A stretch of 64,000 nt of DNA from Balanoglossus misakiensis (Eukaryota > Animalia > Hemichordata): positions 11,501,337 to 11,565,336 of the forward strand of contig CM082586.2 of assembly GCA_040954595.2 (NCBI GenBank), in the 5' to 3' direction. How positions within the stretch are numbered: the first letter of the stretch is position 1; each line of letters starts with the position of its first letter. Made by a program: the position numbers and the translations under genes. The notes under the pieces were generated by a model. It made no database searches. It saw nothing but the letters and a program-made list of their open reading frames with translations, and was not told where the DNA came from. Positions 1 through 12,400 of the stretch are shown here, piece after piece.

Positions 1-983
1 AGCTTTATTGTTGTAGGAGAGGATATAGTACCCCCTACCCCAAGACCATGCGTAATCCCATAGGATACATGCATTTCAAAGTTGTCTCTAAAGAAGTATT
101 GTATTGTTATATAACTAATGTTAACATTTGTTTTCTTGTTTAATAAATAGAAGTCAATAATCCAAACCCCCAAAAGATGTCAAAAATTTGCTTCACAAAA
201 AGAAAATCACAATTGTTGCGTTGTCTTTGGGGTGAATATTTTCAAAATTGCCGAAAAAATTAATTTAAAAATCTTATAATTAAATATTCATAATTTTTTT
301 ATAATTAAGTTTGTGCTTCCCGTAAAGAGCAGTGTCTAAGCTTTCTAAAAATATAAGGTTTATGTAATTTTTTGCTAGTTTTATTTTTTTAGGAGAGGAT
401 ATAGTACCCCCTACGCCAAGACCATGCGTAATCCCATAGGATACATGCATTTCAAAGTTGTCTCTAAAGAAGTATTGTATTGTTAAATAACTAATGTTAA
501 CATTTGTTTTCTTGTTTAATATATAGAATTAAATAATCCAAACCTAAAAAGTAGTCAAAAATTTGCTTCACAAAAATAAAATCACAATTGTAACATTGTC
601 TTTTGAGTGAAAACTTTCAAAATTGCCGAAAAAATTAATTTAAAAATCATCTAATTAAATATTCATAAATATTGTTTAATAAAGTTTGTGCTTCCCGTAA
701 AGAGCAGTATCTAAGCTTTCTAAAAAATATAAGGTTTATGTAATTTCATGGTAGTTTTATTTTTTTAGGAGAGAATATAGTACCCCCTACCCCAACTCAT
801 TTTTCGCCATTTTGAGCGGCACATACCATTCAAAAACCACCCCGGAGGGGTAGTGCAACCCAAAATATTCAATGTTAACATTTTTTTTCTTGTTCAGCAC
901 GTTCTATAGAACAAAAAAATACCCAAGTGGTAGGTTTATGGGGGGGTGGTGGTGCTCGGTGGACCCCTCCAGCCCACGGACTA
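1..983. mobile_element. Terminal part of a putative non-autonomous DNA transposon (Academ-like terminus) abutting the macrosatellite
   Basis: Ends in ...GGACCCCTCCAGCCCACGGACTA (reverse complement TAGTCCGTGGGCTGGAGGGG), then switches abruptly at 984 to mid-unit satellite (TCTGCATTTTTGGAGTGG). TAG...CTA termini are what I recall for Academ TIRs. The other end and any TSD are outside the window. Confidence 0.45.
14..795 (+). repeat. 376-bp tandem repeat (two full copies plus the start of a third)
   Basis: Anchor TAGGAGAG(G/A)ATATAGTACCCCCTAC recurs at 14, 390 and 766; the intervening sequence aligns with scattered substitutions. Confidence 0.9.
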
Positions 984-1789
984 TCTGCATTTTTGGAGTG
1001 GTCGAAAGTTTTAACATACAATCAACATGTCATATATGATCAGGGCACCAAATTCGAAGAACAAAGATTTTTTTAGTTTTTTTTTTCTAAAAATGACATT
1101 TTCAAGGAAAATTTGGTAAAACGCAATTTTGTCTGCAGTGAGGCAAATTAGACGGTCTTTTGTGGAATTTGTATCGATATATATATACGAAGAGCATTCT
1201 ATACTCCATCAGATTTCCGAAAATGTAGAAAACAGGTATTTTTTGTAATTTTCAAAAATTTACAATTTCGACCAAATTGTTATTTTCGTGTTGAATGCCG
1301 CCAGTGTCACTGCTTTTAAAAGTCATAAAAACTTTTAATATGCAAGCAATTGCTTATATATGATCAGGTCACCGAATTAAAAAATAAAGAATGTTTTGAC
1401 TAAAAATCAGCTCATTGAGAGTGCATTTTTTATAATCAGCACCATTTTTACATATAATGGAAATTTTCTACATCATCAGATATCCAAATATGAAAAAATG
1501 AATTAGATTTTAGATGATTGTCCAAAATTAGCTGATATCTAATAAATGTAGTATTGAACCGTTCCGTTCCCCCCCCTTACATTATATGCGTTACGCCGAT
1601 GTCAGCTTACCCGGCAGTACTGCAGGCCGTGCCCCCAACTAACGTCGGTGTTTGAAACGTCCTGGTTAAATTCGGGCTTCCTCTATAAATTGACAGGCAA
1701 TAATGCAGTCCTACCCGAACAAATGTCGAGTGTTGACCCGCTGTGACTTTCCCTCTTCGGTTTGCCCGACATAGCCAACGTCTTTGTAC

Positions 1790-2495
1790 TAGAGTGTCGG
1801 GTCTTTTGCAGAGCCAGGCCGAAGGAAATCCGACTTGATCACCGTTGCTAACGAACGCTAGTGTCTGTCATGGTGTGCCGGGGTTTTAGTCGAGCCAGGC
1901 CGTAGGAGATCTGACTTGATCATCGCGGTCAATGTACGCGTGTTTCCGCTCTAAAGTGCCGGGGCTTCAGCTAAACCAGGCCGTAGGAAATCCGACGTAA
2001 TCACCGTTGATAACTTACGCCTGTCTGTGTCATATAGAGCCGGTGCACCAGCCGAGTCACGCCGTAGGAAATCTGACTTGATCTACGCGGTCAATGTACG
2101 CCTGTTTCTGCTCTAGAGTGCCGGGGCTTCAGCTGAGCCAGGCCGTAGGAAACCCGACGTGATTACCGTTGTTAACTTACGCCAGTCTGTGTCCTATATA
2201 TAGTGCCGGGGCATCAGCCGTGCCAGGCCGAAGGAAATGTGAGTAGATCAACGTGGTCTCTGTACGCGTGTTTCTGCTCTAGAGTGCCGGGGCTTCAGCT
2301 GAGCCAGGCCGTAGGAAACCCGACGTGATTACCGTTGTTAACTTACGCCAGTCTGTGTCCTATATATAGTGCCGGGGCATCAGCCGTGCCAGGCCGAAGG
2401 AAATGTGAGTAGATCAACGTGGTCTCTGTACGCGTGTTTCTGCTCTAGAGTGTCAGGGTTTTAGCCGACTTATGCTGTAAGAAATCTGAGTTGAT
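1790..2495 (+). repeat. 81-bp GC-rich subrepeat block (example from first unit; present in every unit, variable copy number)
   Basis: GAGCCAGGCCG(T/A)AGGA-type anchor at 1811, 1892, 1973 and onward (81-83 bp spacing); two alternating variants give a 162-164 bp dimer. Confidence 0.93.
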
Positions 2496-2519
2496 GAATG
2501 GGAATTCAATGTTAGAAAA

Positions 2520-3430
2520 CCCGTGTGGAAAGTATCTCTACCCGTTTGAAACTAAGAAAAGAATTTATTCTTATTTATTTTGTAAAAAAGACAATTTTTC
2601 GAAAAAAAGTCGAAAATGGTAATTTTGTCTTGGGTGATTTAAATTATACCGCCTTTTCTGGAATTTGCAGCACTTTTTACAAGAGAACGACACTTCATGC
2701 TCCATAATATTTCCGAAAATGAAGAAAAGAGTTAATTTTTTATGATTTTTTCAAAATTTACCATTTTTGTCAAAATATGGCCAAAATGGCTATTTTTTCT
2801 TGAATTCCGTCAATATCTCTGCATTTTTGGAGTGGTCGAAAGTTTTAACATACAATCAACATGTCATATATGATCAGGGCACCAAATTCGAAGAACAAAG
2901 GTTTTTTTATTTTTTTTTCTTCTAAAAATGACATTTTCAAGGAAAATTTGGTAAAACGCAATTTTGTCTGCAGTGAGCCAAATTAGACGGTCTTTTGTGG
3001 AATTTGTATCGATATATACATACGAAGAGCATTCTATACTCCATCAAATTTCCGAAAATGTAGAAAACAGGTATTTTTTGTAATTTTCAAAAATTTACCA
3101 TTTTGACCAAATTGTGGCTAAAATTGTTATTTTCGTGTTGAATGCCGCCAGTGTCACTGCATTTAAAAGTCATAAAAACTTTAAACATACAAGCTATTGT
3201 TTATATATGATCAGGTCACCGAATTAAAAAAAATAAAGAATGCTTTGCCTAAAAATGACCTTTTTGGTGCAAAAACGAATAAAACGCAATTTTGTATTAA
3301 ATTAGAGTGCATTTTTTATAATCAGCACCATTTTTACATATAATGGAAATTTCATACATCATCAGATATCCAAATATGAAAAAATGATTTAGATTTTAGA
3401 TGATTGTCCAAAATTAGCTGATAACAGATA
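2520..3430 (+). repeat. Three degenerate ~330-bp AT-rich subrepeats (example unit)
   Basis: AATTTTGT anchor near 2621, 2960, 3286; CTCCATAATATTTCCGAAAATG / CTCCATCAAATTTCCGAAAATG / CATCATCAGATATCCAAATATG near 2700, 3039, 3357; TATATGATCAGG(G/T)CACC occurs twice. Confidence 0.8.
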
Positions 3431-6400
3431 AATGTAGTATTAAACCGTTCTGTTCCCCCCCCCCCCTACATTACATGCGGTACGCCGATGTCAGCTTACC
3501 CGGCAGTACTGCAGGCCGTGCCCCCAACTAACGTCGGTGTTTGAAGCGCCCTGGTTAAATTCGGGCTTTCTCTATAAATTGACAGGCAATAATGCAGTCC
3601 TACCAGAACAAATGTCGAGTGTTGACCCGCTGTGACTTTCCCTCTTCGGTTTGCCCGACTTAGCCAATGTCTTTGTACTAGAGTGTCGGGTCTTTTGCAG
3701 AGCCAGGCCGAAGGAAATCCGACTTGATCACCGTTGCTAACGAACGCTAGTGTCTGTCATGGTGTGCCGGGGTTTTAGTCGAGCCAGGCCGTAGGAGATC
3801 TGACTTGATCATCGTGGTCAATGTACGCGTGTTTCCACTCTAAAGTGCCGGGGCTTCAGCTAAACCAGGCCGTAGGAAATCCGACGTAATCACCGTTGAT
3901 AACTTACGCCAGTCTGTGTCATATAGAGCCGGTGCACCAGCCGAGTCACGCCGTAGGAAATCTGACTTGATCAACGTGGTTAATGTACGCGTGTTTCTGC
4001 TCTAGAGTGCCGGGGCTTCAGCTGAGCCAGGCCGTAGAAAACCCATGCCGTAGAAAATCTGACTTGATCACCGTTGCTAACGTACGCTTGTGTCTGTCAT
4101 ATTTAGACGGAGATTTAGCCGAGCCAGGCCGTAGAAAAATCGACTTGTCCAACGTTACCAGTGTGCAACTGTTTCTGCTCTAGAGTGTCAGGGTTTTAGC
4201 CGACTTATGCTGTAGGAAATCTGAGTTGATGAACGGGAATTCAATGTTAGAAAACCTGTGTGGAAAGTATCTCTACCCGTTTGAAACTAATAAAAGAATT
4301 TATTCTTATTTATTTTGTAAAAAAGACAATTTTTCGAAAAAAAGTCGAAAATGGTAATTTTGTCTTGGGTGATTCAAATTATACCACCTTTTCTGGAATT
4401 TGCAGCACTTTTTACAAGAGAACGACACTTCATGCTCCATAATATTTCCGAAAATGAAGAAAAGAGTTAAATTTTTATGATTTTTTAAAAATTTACCATT
4501 TTTGTCAAAATATGGCCAAAATGGCTATTTTTTCTTGAATTCCGTCAATATCTCTGCATTTTTGGAGTGGTCGAAAGTTTAAACATACAATCAACATGTC
4601 ATTATGATCGGGGCACCAAATTCGAAGAACAAAGGTTTTTTAATTTTTTTTTTCTAAAAATGACATTTTCAAGGAAAATTTGGTAAAACGCAATTTTGTC
4701 TGCAGTGAGCCAAATTAGACGGTCTTTTGTGGAATTTGTATCGATATATACATACGAAGAGCATTCTATACTCGATCAGATTCCCGAAAATGTAGAAAAC
4801 AGGTATTTTTTGTAATTTTCAAAAATTTTCCATTTTGACCAAATTGTGCTAAAATTGTTATTTTCGTGTTGAATGCCGCCAGTGTCACTGCTTTTAAAAG
4901 TCATAAAAACTTTTAACATACAAGCAATTCTTTATATATGATCAGGTCACCGAATTAAAAAAATAAAGAATGTTTTGCCTAAAAATGACCTTCTAGGTGC
5001 AAAAACGAATAAAACGTAATTTTGTATTAAATCAGCTCATTCAGAGTGCATTTTTTATAATCAGCACCATTTTTACATATAATGGAAATTTCATACATCA
5101 TCAGATATCCAAATATGAAACAATGATTTGGATTTTAGATGATTGTCCAAAATTAGCTGATATCTAATAAATGTAGTATTGAACCGTTCTGTTTGCCCCC
5201 CGCCCCCCTACATTGTATGCGGTATGCCGATGTCAGCTTACCCGGCAGTACTGCAGGCCGTGCCCCCAACTAACGTCGGTGTTTGGAACGCCCTGGTTAA
5301 ATTCGGGCTTTCTCTATAAATTGACAGGCAATAATGCAGTCCTACCCGAACAAATGTCGAGTGTTGACCCGCTGTGACTTACCCTCTTCGGTTTGCCCGA
5401 CTTAGCCAACGTCTTTGTACTAGAGTGTCGGGTCTTTTGCAGAGCCAGGCCGAAGGAAATCCGACTTGATCACCGTTGCTAACGAACGCTAGTGTCTGTC
5501 ATGGTGTGCCGGGGTTTTAGTCGAGCCAGGCCGTAGGAGATCTGACTTGATCATCGTGGTCAATGTACGCGTGTTTCCGCTCTAAAGTGCCGGGGCTTCA
5601 GCTAAACCAGACCGTAGGAAATCCGACGTAATCACCGTTGATAACTTACGCCAGTCTGTGTCATATAGAGCCGGTGCACCAGCCGAGTCACGCCGTAGGA
5701 AATCTGACTTGATCAACGTGGTCAATGTACGCCTGTTTCTGCCCTAGAGTGCCGGGGCTTCAGCTGAGCCAGGCCGTAGGAAACCCGACGTGATTACCGT
5801 TGTTAACTTACGCCAGTCTGTGTCCTATATATAGTGCCGGGGCATCAGCCGTGCCAGGCCGAAGGAAATGTGAGTAGATCAACGTGGTCTCTGTACGCGT
5901 GTTTCTGCTCTAGAGTGCCGGGGCTTCAGCTGAGCCAGGCCGTAGGAAACCCGACGTGATTACCGTTGTTAACTTACGCCAGTCTGTGTCCTATATATAG
6001 TGCCGGGGCATCAGCCGTGCCAGGCCGAAGGAAATGTGAGTAGATCAACGTGGTCTCTGTACGCGTGTTTCTGCTCTAGAGTGTCAGGGTTTTAGCCGAC
6101 TTATGCTGTAAGAAATCTGAGTTGATGAATGGGAATTCAATGTTAGAAAACCCGTGTGGAAAGTATCTCTACCCGTTTGAAACTAAGAAAAGAATTTATT
6201 CTTATTTATTTTGTAAAAAAGACAATTTTTCGAAAAAAAGTCGAAAATGGTAATTTTGTCTTGGGTGATTTAAATTATACCGCCTTTTCTGGAATTTGCA
6301 GCACTTTTTACAAGAGAACGACACTTCATGCTCCATAATATTTCCGAAAATGAAGAAAAGAGTTAATTTTTTATGATTTTTTCAAAATTTACCATTTTTG

Positions 6401-9400
6401 TCAAAATATGGCCAAAATGGCTATTTTTTCTTGAATTCCGTCAATATCTCTGCATTTTTGGAGTGGTCGAAAGTTTTAACATACAATCAACATGTCATAT
6501 ATGATCAGGGCACCAAATTCGAAGAACAAAGGTTTTTTTATTTTTTTTTCTTCTAAAAATGACATTTTCAAGGAAAATTTGGTAAAACGCAATTTTGTCT
6601 GCAGTGAGCCAAATTAGACGGTCTTTTGTGGAATTTGTATCGATATATACATACGAAGAGCATTCTATACTCCATCAAATTTCCGAAAATGTAGAAAACA
6701 GGTATTTTTTGTAATTTTCAAAAATTTACCATTTTGACCAAATTGTGGCTAAAATTGTTATTTTCGTGTTGAATGCCGCCAGTGTCACTGCATTTAAAAG
6801 TCATAAAAACTTTAAACATACAAGCTATTGTTTATATATGATCAGGTCACCGAATTAAAAAAAATAAAGAATGCTTTGCCTAAAAATGACCTTTTTGGTG
6901 CAAAAACGAATAAAACGCAATTTTGTATTAAATTAGAGTGCATTTTTTATAATCAGCACCATTTTTACATATAATGGAAATTTCATACATCATCAGATAT
7001 CCAAATATGAAAAAATGATTTAGATTTTAGATGATTGTCCAAAATTAGCTGATAACAGATAAATGTAGTATTAAACCGTTCTGTTCCCCCCCCCCTACAT
7101 TACATGCGGTACGCCGATGTCAGCTTACCCGGCAGTACTGCAGGCCGTGCCCCCAACTAACGTCGGTGTTTGAAGCGCCCTGGTTAAATTCGGGCTTTCT
7201 CTATAAATTGACAGGCAATAATGCAGTCCTACCAGAACAAATGTCGAGTGTTGACCCGCTGTGACTTTCCCTCTTCGGTTTGCCCGACTTAGCCAATGTC
7301 TTTGTACTAGAGTGTCGGGTCTTTTGCAGAGCCAGGCCGAAGGAAATCCGACTTGATCACCGTTGCTAACGAACGCTAGTGTCTGTCATGGTGTGCCGGG
7401 GTTTTAGTCGAGCCAGGCCGTAGGAGATCTGACTTGATCATCGTGGTCAATGTACGCGTGTTTCCAAGTCGAAAATGGTAATTTTGTCTTGGGTGATTCA
7501 AATTATACCACCTTTTCTGGAATTTGCAGCACTTTTTACAAGAGAACGACACTTCATGCTCCATAATATTTCCGAAAATGAAGAAAAGAGTTAAATTTTT
7601 ATGATTTTTTAAAAATTTACCATTTTTGTCAAAATATGGCCAAAATGGCTATATTTTCTTGAATTCCGTTAATATCTCTGCATTTTTGGAGTGGTCGAAA
7701 GTTTAAACATACAATCAACATGTCATTATGATCGGGGCACCAAATTCGAAGAACAAAGGTTTTTTAATTTTTTTTTTCTAAAAATGACATTTTCAAGGAA
7801 AATTTGGTAAAACGCAATTTTGTCTGCAGTGAGCCAAATTAGACGGTCTTTTGTGGAATTTGTATCGATATATACATACGAAGAGCATTCTATACTCGAT
7901 CAGATTCCCGAAAATGTAGAAAACAGGTATTTTTTGTAATTTTCAAAAATTTTCCATTTTGACCAAATTGTGCTAAAATTGTTATTTTCGTGTTGAATGC
8001 CGCCAGTGTCACTGCTTTTAAAAGTCATAAAAACTTTTAACATACAAGCAATTTTTTATATATGATCAGGTCACCGAATTAAAAAAATAAAGAATGTTTT
8101 GCCTAAAAATGACCTTCTAGGTGCAAAAACGAATAAAACGTAATTTTGTATTAAATCAGCTCATTCAGAGTGCATTTTTTATAATCAGCACCATTTTTAC
8201 ATATAATGGAAATTTCATACATCATCAGATATCCAAATATGAAACAATGATTTGGATTTTAGATGATTGTCCAAAATTAGCTGATATCTAATAAATGAAG
8301 TATTGAACCGTTCTGTTTGCCCCCCGCCCCCCTACATTATATGCGGTATGCCGATGTCAGCTTACCCGGCAGTACTGCAGGCCGTGCCCCCAACTAACGT
8401 CGGTGTTTGGAACGCCCTGGTTAAATTCGGGCTTTCTCTATAAATTGACAGGCAATAATGCAGTCCTACCCGAACAAATGTCGAGTGTTGACCCGCTGTG
8501 ACTTACCCTCTTCGGTTTGCCCGACTTAGCCAACGTCTTTGTACTAGAGTGTCGGGTCTTTTGCAGAGCCAGGCCGAAGGAAATCCGACTTGATCACCGT
8601 TGCTAACGAACGCTAGTGTCTGTCATGGTGTGCCGGGGTTTTAGTCGAGCCAGGCCGTAAGAGATCTGACTTGATCATCGTGGTCAATGTACGCGTGTTT
8701 CCGCTCTAAAGTGCCGGGGCTTCAGCTAAACCAGACCGTAGGAAATCCGACGTAATCACCGTTGATAACTTACGCCAGTCTGTGTCATATAGAGCCGGTG
8801 CACCAGCCGAGTCACGCCGTAGGAAATCTGACTTGATCAACGTGGTCAATGTACGCCTGTTTCTGCCCTAGAGTGCCGGGGCTTCAGCTGAGCCAGGCCG
8901 TAGGAAACCCGACGTGATTACCGTTGTTAACTTACGCCAGTCTGTGTCCTATATATAGTGCCGGGGCATCAGCCGTGCCAGGCCGAAGGAAATGTGAGTA
9001 GATCAACGTGGTCTCTGTACGCGTGTTTCTGCTCTAGAGTGCCGTGGCTTTATCCAAGCCATGCCGTAGAAAATCTGTCTTGATCACCGTTGCTAACGTA
9101 CGCTAGTGTCTGTAATATTGTGACGGAGATTTAGCCGAGCCAGGCCGTAGAAAAATCGACTCGTTCAACGTTACCAGTGTGCAACTGTTTCTGCTCTAGA
9201 GTGTCAGGGTTTTAGCCGACTTATGCTGTAGGAAATCTGAGTTGATGAACGGGAATTCAATGTTAGAAAACCCGAGTGGCAAGTATCTCTACCCGTTTGA
9301 AACTAAGAAAAGAATTTATTCTTATTTATTTTGTAAAAAAGACAATTTTTCCAAAAAAAGTCGAAAATGGTAATTTTGTCTTGGGTGATTCAAATTATAC

Positions 9401-12400
9401 CACCTTTTCTGGAATTTGCAGCACTTTTTACAAGAGAACGACACTTCATGCTCCATAATATTTCCGAAAATGAAGAAAAGAGTTAATTTTTTATGATTTT
9501 TTAAAAATTTACCATTTTTGTCAAAATATGGCCAAAATTGCTATTTTTTCTTGAATTCCGTCAATATCTCTGCTTTTTTGGAGTGGTCGAAAGTTTTAAC
9601 ATACAATCAACATGTCATATATGATCAGGGCACCAAATTCGAAGAACAAAGGTTTTTTTATTTTTTTTTTCTTCTAAAAATGACATTTTCAAGGAAAATT
9701 TGGTAAAACGCAATTTTGTCTGCAGTGAGCCAAATTAGACGGTCTTTTGTGGAATTTGTATCGATATATACATACGAAGAGCATTCTATACTCCATCAGA
9801 TTTCCGAAAATGTAGAAAACAAGTATTTTTTGTAATTTTCAAAAATTTACCATTTTGACCAAATTGTGGCTAAAATTGTTATTTTCGTGTTGAATGCCGC
9901 CAGTGTCACTGCTTTTAAAAGTCATAAAAACTTTAAACATACAAGCAATTGTTTATATATGATCAGGTCACCGAATTAAAAAAATAAAGAATGCTTTGCC
10001 TAAAAATGACCTTTTTGGTGCAAAAACGAATAAAACGCAATTTTGTTTTAAATTGGAGTGCATTTTTTATAATCAGCACCATTTGTACATATAATGGAAA
10101 TTTCATACATCATCAGATATCCAAATATGAAAAAATGATTTAGATTTTAGATGATTGTCCAAAATTAGCTGATAACAGATAAATGTAGTATTAAACCGTT
10201 CTGTCCCCCCCCCCCTACATTACATGCGGTACGCCGATGTCAGCTTACCCGGCAGTACTGCAGGCCGTGCCCCCAACTAACGTCGGTGTTTGAAACGCCC
10301 TGGTTAAATTCGAGCTTTCTCTATAAATTGACAGGCAATAATGCAGTCCTACCCGAACAAATGTCGAGTGTTGACCCGCTGTGACTTTCCCTCTTCGGTT
10401 TGCCCGACTTAGCCAACGTCTTTGTACTAGAGTGTCGGGTCTTTTGCAGAGCCAGGCCGAAGGAAATCCGACTTGATCACCGTTGCTAACGAACGCTAGT
10501 GTCTGTCATGGTGTGCCAGGGTTTTAGTCGAGCCAGGCCGTAGGAGATCTGACTTGATCATCGTGGTCAATGTACGCGTGTTTCCGCTCTAAAGTGCCGG
10601 GGCTTCAGCTAAACCAGGCCGTAGGAATCCGACGTAATCACCGTTGATAACTTACGCCAGTCTGTGTCATATAGAGCCGGTGCACCAGCCGAGTCACGCC
10701 GTAGGAAATCTGACTTGATCAACGTGGTCAATGTATGCCTGTTTCTGCTCTAGAGTGCCGGGGCTTCAGCTGAGCCAGGCCGTAGGAAACCCGACGTGAT
10801 TACCGTTGTTAACTTACGCCAGTCTGTGTCCTATATATAGTGCCGGGGCATCAGCCGTGCCAGGCCGAAGGAAATGTGAGTAGATCAACGTGGTCTCTGT
10901 ACGCGTGTTTCTGCTCTATAGTGCCAGGGCTTTAGCCAAGCCATGCCGTAGGAAATCTGACTTGATCAACGTTGCTTACTAACGCTAGTGTCTGTCATAG
11001 TGTGCCGGGGTTTTAGTCGAGCCAAGCCGTAGGAGATCAGACTTGATCAACGTGCTCTCTGTACGCGTGTTTCTGCTTTAGAGTACCGGGGCTTTATCCA
11101 AGCCATGCCGTAGAAAATCTGACTTCATCACCGTTGCTAACGTACGCTAGTGTCTGTCATATTGTGACGGAGATTTAGCCGAGCCAGGCCGTAGAAAAAT
11201 CGACTTGTTCAACGTTACCAGTGTGCAACTGTTTCTGCTCTAGAGTGTCAGGGTTTTAGCCGACTTATGCTGTAGGAAACCTGAGTTGATGAACGGGAAT
11301 TCAATGTTAGAAAACCCGTGTGGAAAGTATCTCTACCCGTTTGAAACTAAGAAAAGAATTTATTCTTATTTATTTTGTAAAAAAGACAATTTTTCGAAAA
11401 AAAAGTCGAAAATGGTAATTTTGTCTTGGGTGATTCAAATTATACCGCCTTTTCTGGAATTTGCAGCACTTTTTACAAGAGAACGACGCTTCATGCTCCA
11501 TAATATTTCCGAAAATGAAGAAAAGAGTTAATTTTTTATGATTTTTTAAAAATTTACCATTTTTGTCAAAATATGGCCAAAATTGCTATTTTTTCTTGAA
11601 TTCCGTCAATATCTCTGCTTTTTTGGAGTGGTCGAAAGTTTTAACATACAATCAACATGTCATATATGATCAGGGCACCAAATTCGAAGAACAAAGGTTT
11701 TTTTATTTTTTTTTTCTTCTAAAAATGACATTTTCAAGGAAAATTTGGTAAAACGCAATTTTGTCTGCAGTGAGCCAAATTAGACGGTCTTTTGTGGAAT
11801 TTGTATCGATATATACATACGAAGAGCATTCTATACTCCATCAGATTTCCGAAAATGTAGAAAACAAGTATTTTTTGTAATTTTCAAAAATTTACCATTT
11901 TGACCAAATTGTGGCTAAAATTGTTATTTTCGTGTTGAATGCCGCCAGTGTCACTGCTTTTAAAAGTCATAAAAACTTTTAACATACAAGCAATAGTTTA
12001 TATATGATCAGGTCATCGAATTAATAAAATAAAGAATGTTTTGCCTAAAAATGACCTTTTTGGTGCAAAAACGAATAAAACGTAATTTTGTATTAAATCA
12101 GGGTGCATTTTTTATAATCAGCACCATTTTTACATATAATGGAAATTTCATACATCATCATATATCCAAATATGAAAAAAAAATGATTTAGATTTTAGAT
12201 GATTGTCCAAAATTAGCTGATATCTAATAAATGTAGTATTGAACCGTTCTGTCCCCCCCCCCCCACCTACATTATATGCGGTACGCCGATGTAAGCTTAC
12301 CCGGCAGTACTGCAGGCCGTGCCCCCTACTAACGTCGGTGTTTGAAACGCCCTGGTTAAATTCGGGCTTTCTCTATAAATTGACAGGCAATAATGCAGTC

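Noticed and set aside
1811-2100. 5S rRNA-like words (CCTACGGCC on the minus strand, GATCACCG on the plus strand) in the 81-mers
   Set aside because: Short, on mixed strands, not colinear, no box C; no 120-nt 5S gene.
1790-2495. 81-bp subrepeat as a 27-codon protein repeat or a CRISPR-like array
   Set aside because: Stops and 83-bp variants break the frame; the whole monomer is repeated with no unique spacers, and there are no cas genes.
2541-2555. CENP-B-box-like TTAGTTTCAAACGGG (minus strand)
   Set aside because: Mismatch in the essential TTCG; an 8/9 match is expected by chance in a 2-kb unit.
3340-3375. Hammerhead-like CTGATGA-N5-GAAA-TTTC on the minus strand of each unit
   Set aside because: No stem II, the flanks cannot form stem I, and the homologous AT subrepeats lack the core.
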